DNA of 64,000 nucleotides from an uncultured Bacteroidaceae bacterium (GTDB lineage Bacteria; Bacillota; Clostridia; Christensenellales; CAG-917): NCBI GenBank assembly GCA_964599875.1, contig CAZRHE010000006.1, positions 3,246 to 67,245 of the forward strand, read 5' to 3'. Shown piece by piece: positions 61,550 to 64,000 of this stretch (position 1 is its first letter; each line of letters starts with the position of its first letter). The notes under the pieces were generated by a model. It saw only the letters and a program-made list of their open reading frames with translations, ran no database searches and was not told where the DNA came from. The position numbers and the translations under genes were made by a program.

Positions 61550-63625
61550 TCATCTCCTCTTCGATTTGTTTTTGCGCGGTTTGTCGTGGTCGTAATAGTT
61601 GTACGTATTCGACGCGGACGAAACTTTTCGGACCATTTTGATCTTTATCACAACACCAACGATAGCACTCACACCTAAAACACACGCAGTAACTATAAAA
61701 ACAACACGGTATTTAGCAAAGAAATCCTTAATCGAGGAAATTGCATTATCCCACCAATCTTGAACTTTTCTGCCAAATTCTTTGAACTTTTTTTCTAAAT
61801 ATTCTGCAACGGTATCCGGAATGGGTTCAGTTGCATCCGACATAATATTTATTGGATCTTGCACAACAGGAATTACAGTATAAATATCGTCTTTTGCAAA
61901 GGTAAGATCAATGACTTTGAAGTCCGCAAATAGCGTCGTTTGAGCAATGTATCCGTGCGCTTTTCCTGTCATATCATTCACATCAAGAGCATAATAATCC
62001 GTCGCAGAGAATCTAAATAACCACGTAACGTAATTATCATCATAATTTTCGACATAATCTCTAAAAGCTTTGACGTGAGACTTATCAATAAAATATTTTG
62101 AAGAAATGTCATCTTCCGACAAGTTTTTGATAGATTCATAACTTTCTATTTCTTCTATCGGCGAAATATCATAATTATAATTTTCATTAATATTTTTAAA
62201 ACTCCCATAATCCCTAAAACGGGCCCAGATATCGTGATTGCTATCGTATCCACGCAAATTTAGATTATAATCGCCACCATTATCAATGTGAACATAGTTA
62301 TAACCACGAGTATGACCTTCATCCACATCAGTGGTAAACATTTTAGAAGAAAATTGATTATTACCCGCATCAAGCAATATATCTTCGGGATGTTCTGAAG
62401 AGTATTTTTCTATATGCTCTAAAATTTCTTCAGCAGAAACAGAGTTTTTTTCTAGATTATTTCTTAAAAAAGCATAGTATAGTATTTGACAATCATTCCT
62501 AGTAGAAAATCTATTAAATACTTTATCACCATGTTCATCGGGGTTATAATTGTAAGACCAATCATATGTAGTAACGGAGGTGTAAGCACCCGTATATGTA
62601 TAATCCGTATAACTACTTACAATTGAATATGTATCTACATCTGGAATTTCGGACGTAGGAACACCGAGATATTTATAAATTTTATAATACATTCCATCTG
62701 AATTATGATCATTAGTGACGAGAATCTCTTTCGTCTTATATTCATACCATTCTGCGGAAATAGCACTCAATGTTCCATATTTATTCAAGGTTTCTTTTGG
62801 AACGGCAAAATATACGCTATTAACTTGGTCTTGATGGTTTTTACCACGCGACGAAGCACCTTCGTTAAAACGCCAAAAACAATCTTCCACATTAAGACGT
62901 AGCGTTTCGATTTGTCCCGAAGTGCAAGACAACGTAGATTCTTCGCGGTCTGGACCGTATCCCTTCGCAAATCCGGTGAAGGTATAAGACATTTGCACGG
63001 TTAATTCTCTTCCGGAAAGATTTTCATCATCATAGTTAAGTTGGATTCCCGAAATAGCATAATGACGAGCGGAACTTTGTTCTGGCATCACAGTCTTAAA
63101 ATAGTCCGTGTTAACTTTGAATTTATAGAAAAGTTGTGAGTATTCACCATCGGATCTCGAACAAAACTCGAGAGCGAAACGTTTATACTCCGTTGCGTTC
63201 CAATTATCGTCCCATGCCGTTGCCATTTGAATACGACTACCGGTACGACTTATGTTTTTTCCAGACGGATTATAGACGTATACATAAAGCGCATAATCGT
63301 CCATTTGATTAGCACGATAACTAAAGCAATACTCTACAAGAGATATGATATCGGCAGACTTATTTTCATCATAAGGATATTTCCCGACATCAAAACTTTG
63401 TCCGGATAACGTACTCGACAACAAATCATCCAAAACAGGTGATTTATCGAATTCGTTTCTGCTCTCCACAATCTCTTCAGCAGTTACGTCGGCATATCCT
63501 ACCGTCTTTACGACAGGAAATAGGGTATTCCAAAACATAAGCATAAGAACAACCGTTAAAAGAGCGATGAGCGTAATTTGGATTTTCTTAATAGTATCTG
63601 TTTTCATATTAGAATTCAATGACAT
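61550..63625 (-). CDS. large bitopic membrane protein (N-terminal TM/signal anchor + C-terminal TM anchor + basic tail)
   Basis: 691 aa. N-terminal IQITLIALLTVVLMLMF. C-terminal VVFIVTACVLGVSAIVGVVI followed by a KR-rich tail. Tyr/Asn/Asp-rich ectodomain. An alternative start at ATG 63607 lies right after the upstream stop. Confidence 0.6.
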   Translation of the reverse strand: MSLNSNMKTDTIKKIQITLIALLTVVLMLMFWNTLFPVVKTVGYADVTAEEIVESRNEFDKSPVLDDLLSSTLSGQSFDVGKYPYDENKSADIISLVEYCFSYRANQMDDYALYVYVYNPSGKNISRTGSRIQMATAWDDNWNATEYKRFALEFCSRSDGEYSQLFYKFKVNTDYFKTVMPEQSSARHYAISGIQLNYDDENLSGRELTVQMSYTFTGFAKGYGPDREESTLSCTSGQIETLRLNVEDCFWRFNEGASSRGKNHQDQVNSVYFAVPKETLNKYGTLSAISAEWYEYKTKEILVTNDHNSDGMYYKIYKYLGVPTSEIPDVDTYSIVSSYTDYTYTGAYTSVTTYDWSYNYNPDEHGDKVFNRFSTRNDCQILYYAFLRNNLEKNSVSAEEILEHIEKYSSEHPEDILLDAGNNQFSSKMFTTDVDEGHTRGYNYVHIDNGGDYNLNLRGYDSNHDIWARFRDYGSFKNINENYNYDISPIEEIESYESIKNLSEDDISSKYFIDKSHVKAFRDYVENYDDNYVTWLFRFSATDYYALDVNDMTGKAHGYIAQTTLFADFKVIDLTFAKDDIYTVIPVVQDPINIMSDATEPIPDTVAEYLEKKFKEFGRKVQDWWDNAISSIKDFFAKYRVVFIVTACVLGVSAIVGVVIKIKMVRKVSSASNTYNYYDHDKPRKNKSKRR

Positions 63626-63992
63626 TAGGCGTTATTGAAACGACTATTTTGTCGCAAGATACAAGTTTAAATCTAACGTTGTATGCGCTTGCGGTGACTT
63701 CAAAGATGAAGAGCGGTTTCGTGTAATCTGGGTTATCCATGAGCTGATAATCGGATCCAAAATGCGACGCCAGTATTCTGTCGAGCGAAAATGCTTTTAT
63801 AGTAAATCCGTTATCGGTTTTTTCAACTTTCAAATCTTCCGTAAAATCGGTTATAGCATCGAATGCATAAATTTTGTCATCAAACAAAATATCAAATGTG
63901 TTCGATTCGCCCACATACGGAATAAGCTTATAGTTATAATCGCTCACGCCTTCAGGAAGATTGACGACAAAATCAGTTTGTGCATCAAACAT
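63609..63992 (-). CDS. hypothetical protein; its C-terminal region resembles the Ig-like paralogs; may extend beyond the window
   Basis: The frame is still open between the listed ATG (63992) and nt 64000. The C-terminal ...LFIFEVTASAYNVRFKLVSCDKIVVSITPNVIEF parallels ...FFEVSITYKDTTVKLNL...VELDTESIVF of the 397-aa protein. Confidence 0.5.
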   Translation of the reverse strand: MFDAQTDFVVNLPEGVSDYNYKLIPYVGESNTFDILFDDKIYAFDAITDFTEDLKVEKTDNGFTIKAFSLDRILASHFGSDYQLMDNPDYTKPLFIFEVTASAYNVRFKLVSCDKIVVSITPNVIEF

Positions 63993-64000
63993 ATCAATCG

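Noticed and set aside
55252-64000. Calling the island outright an inovirus (filamentous prophage).
   Set aside because: Only the Zot-like NTPase and the hairpin-rich region support this. The NTPase lacks a TM anchor. No major-coat-like small TM ORF, Rep/HUH or ssDNA-binding gene is identifiable in the window, and the gene order and size do not fit compact inovirus genomes. I keep it as a hypothesis only.

Overview
This 64-kb window looks like a chromosomal segment of an endospore-forming Firmicute, probably Clostridia-like (gpr, ylbJ and a long Bacillus-type SRP RNA are present). From nt 1 to about 53.4 kb it is ordinary housekeeping DNA, mostly on the minus strand. It holds the conserved block rpmF-plsX-rnc-smc-ftsY-ylxM-ffh-rpsP-KH-rimM-trmD-rbgA-rnhB-yraN-rplS. 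It also holds lepA-hemW, rho, ileS, pta-ackA, an EF-G paralog, murI, gpr, an ABC-2 exporter, a MATE pump, tRNA-Ser(GGA), tRNA-Gly(CCC) and the SRP RNA. Many intergenic regions carry near-consensus sigma-A promoters and intrinsic terminators that can be read directly. Full-length antisense shadow ORFs (up to 1041 aa opposite ileS) are treated as codon-bias artefacts.

From about 53.4 kb to the window end lies accessory DNA. It starts with an IS30-family element, followed by a visibly more AT-rich island (GC not computed) in which every gene is on the minus strand and none is a recognisable housekeeping gene. The island contains:
- a roughly 0.45-kb non-coding stretch packed with about ten stem-loops, iteron-like repeats and a C5-TA-C5 motif;
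- a Zot/pI-like P-loop NTPase with no detectable TM segment;
- three tandem modules, each made of an Ig-like (Big_2-like) secreted paralog, an optional middle gene and a small Lys-rich basic protein;
- at the end of each module, a plus-strand promoter (near-consensus -35, 17-18-nt spacer, -10-like hexamer), a transcript of about 90-100 nt and a plus-strand hairpin with T-tract that converges on the 3' end of the small-protein gene.

No integrase, replication protein or capsid gene lies inside the window, and the island continues past nt 64000. This modular island with convergent candidate sRNAs is my best candidate for an undescribed system. All functional calls rest on motif recognition by eye, with no database search.
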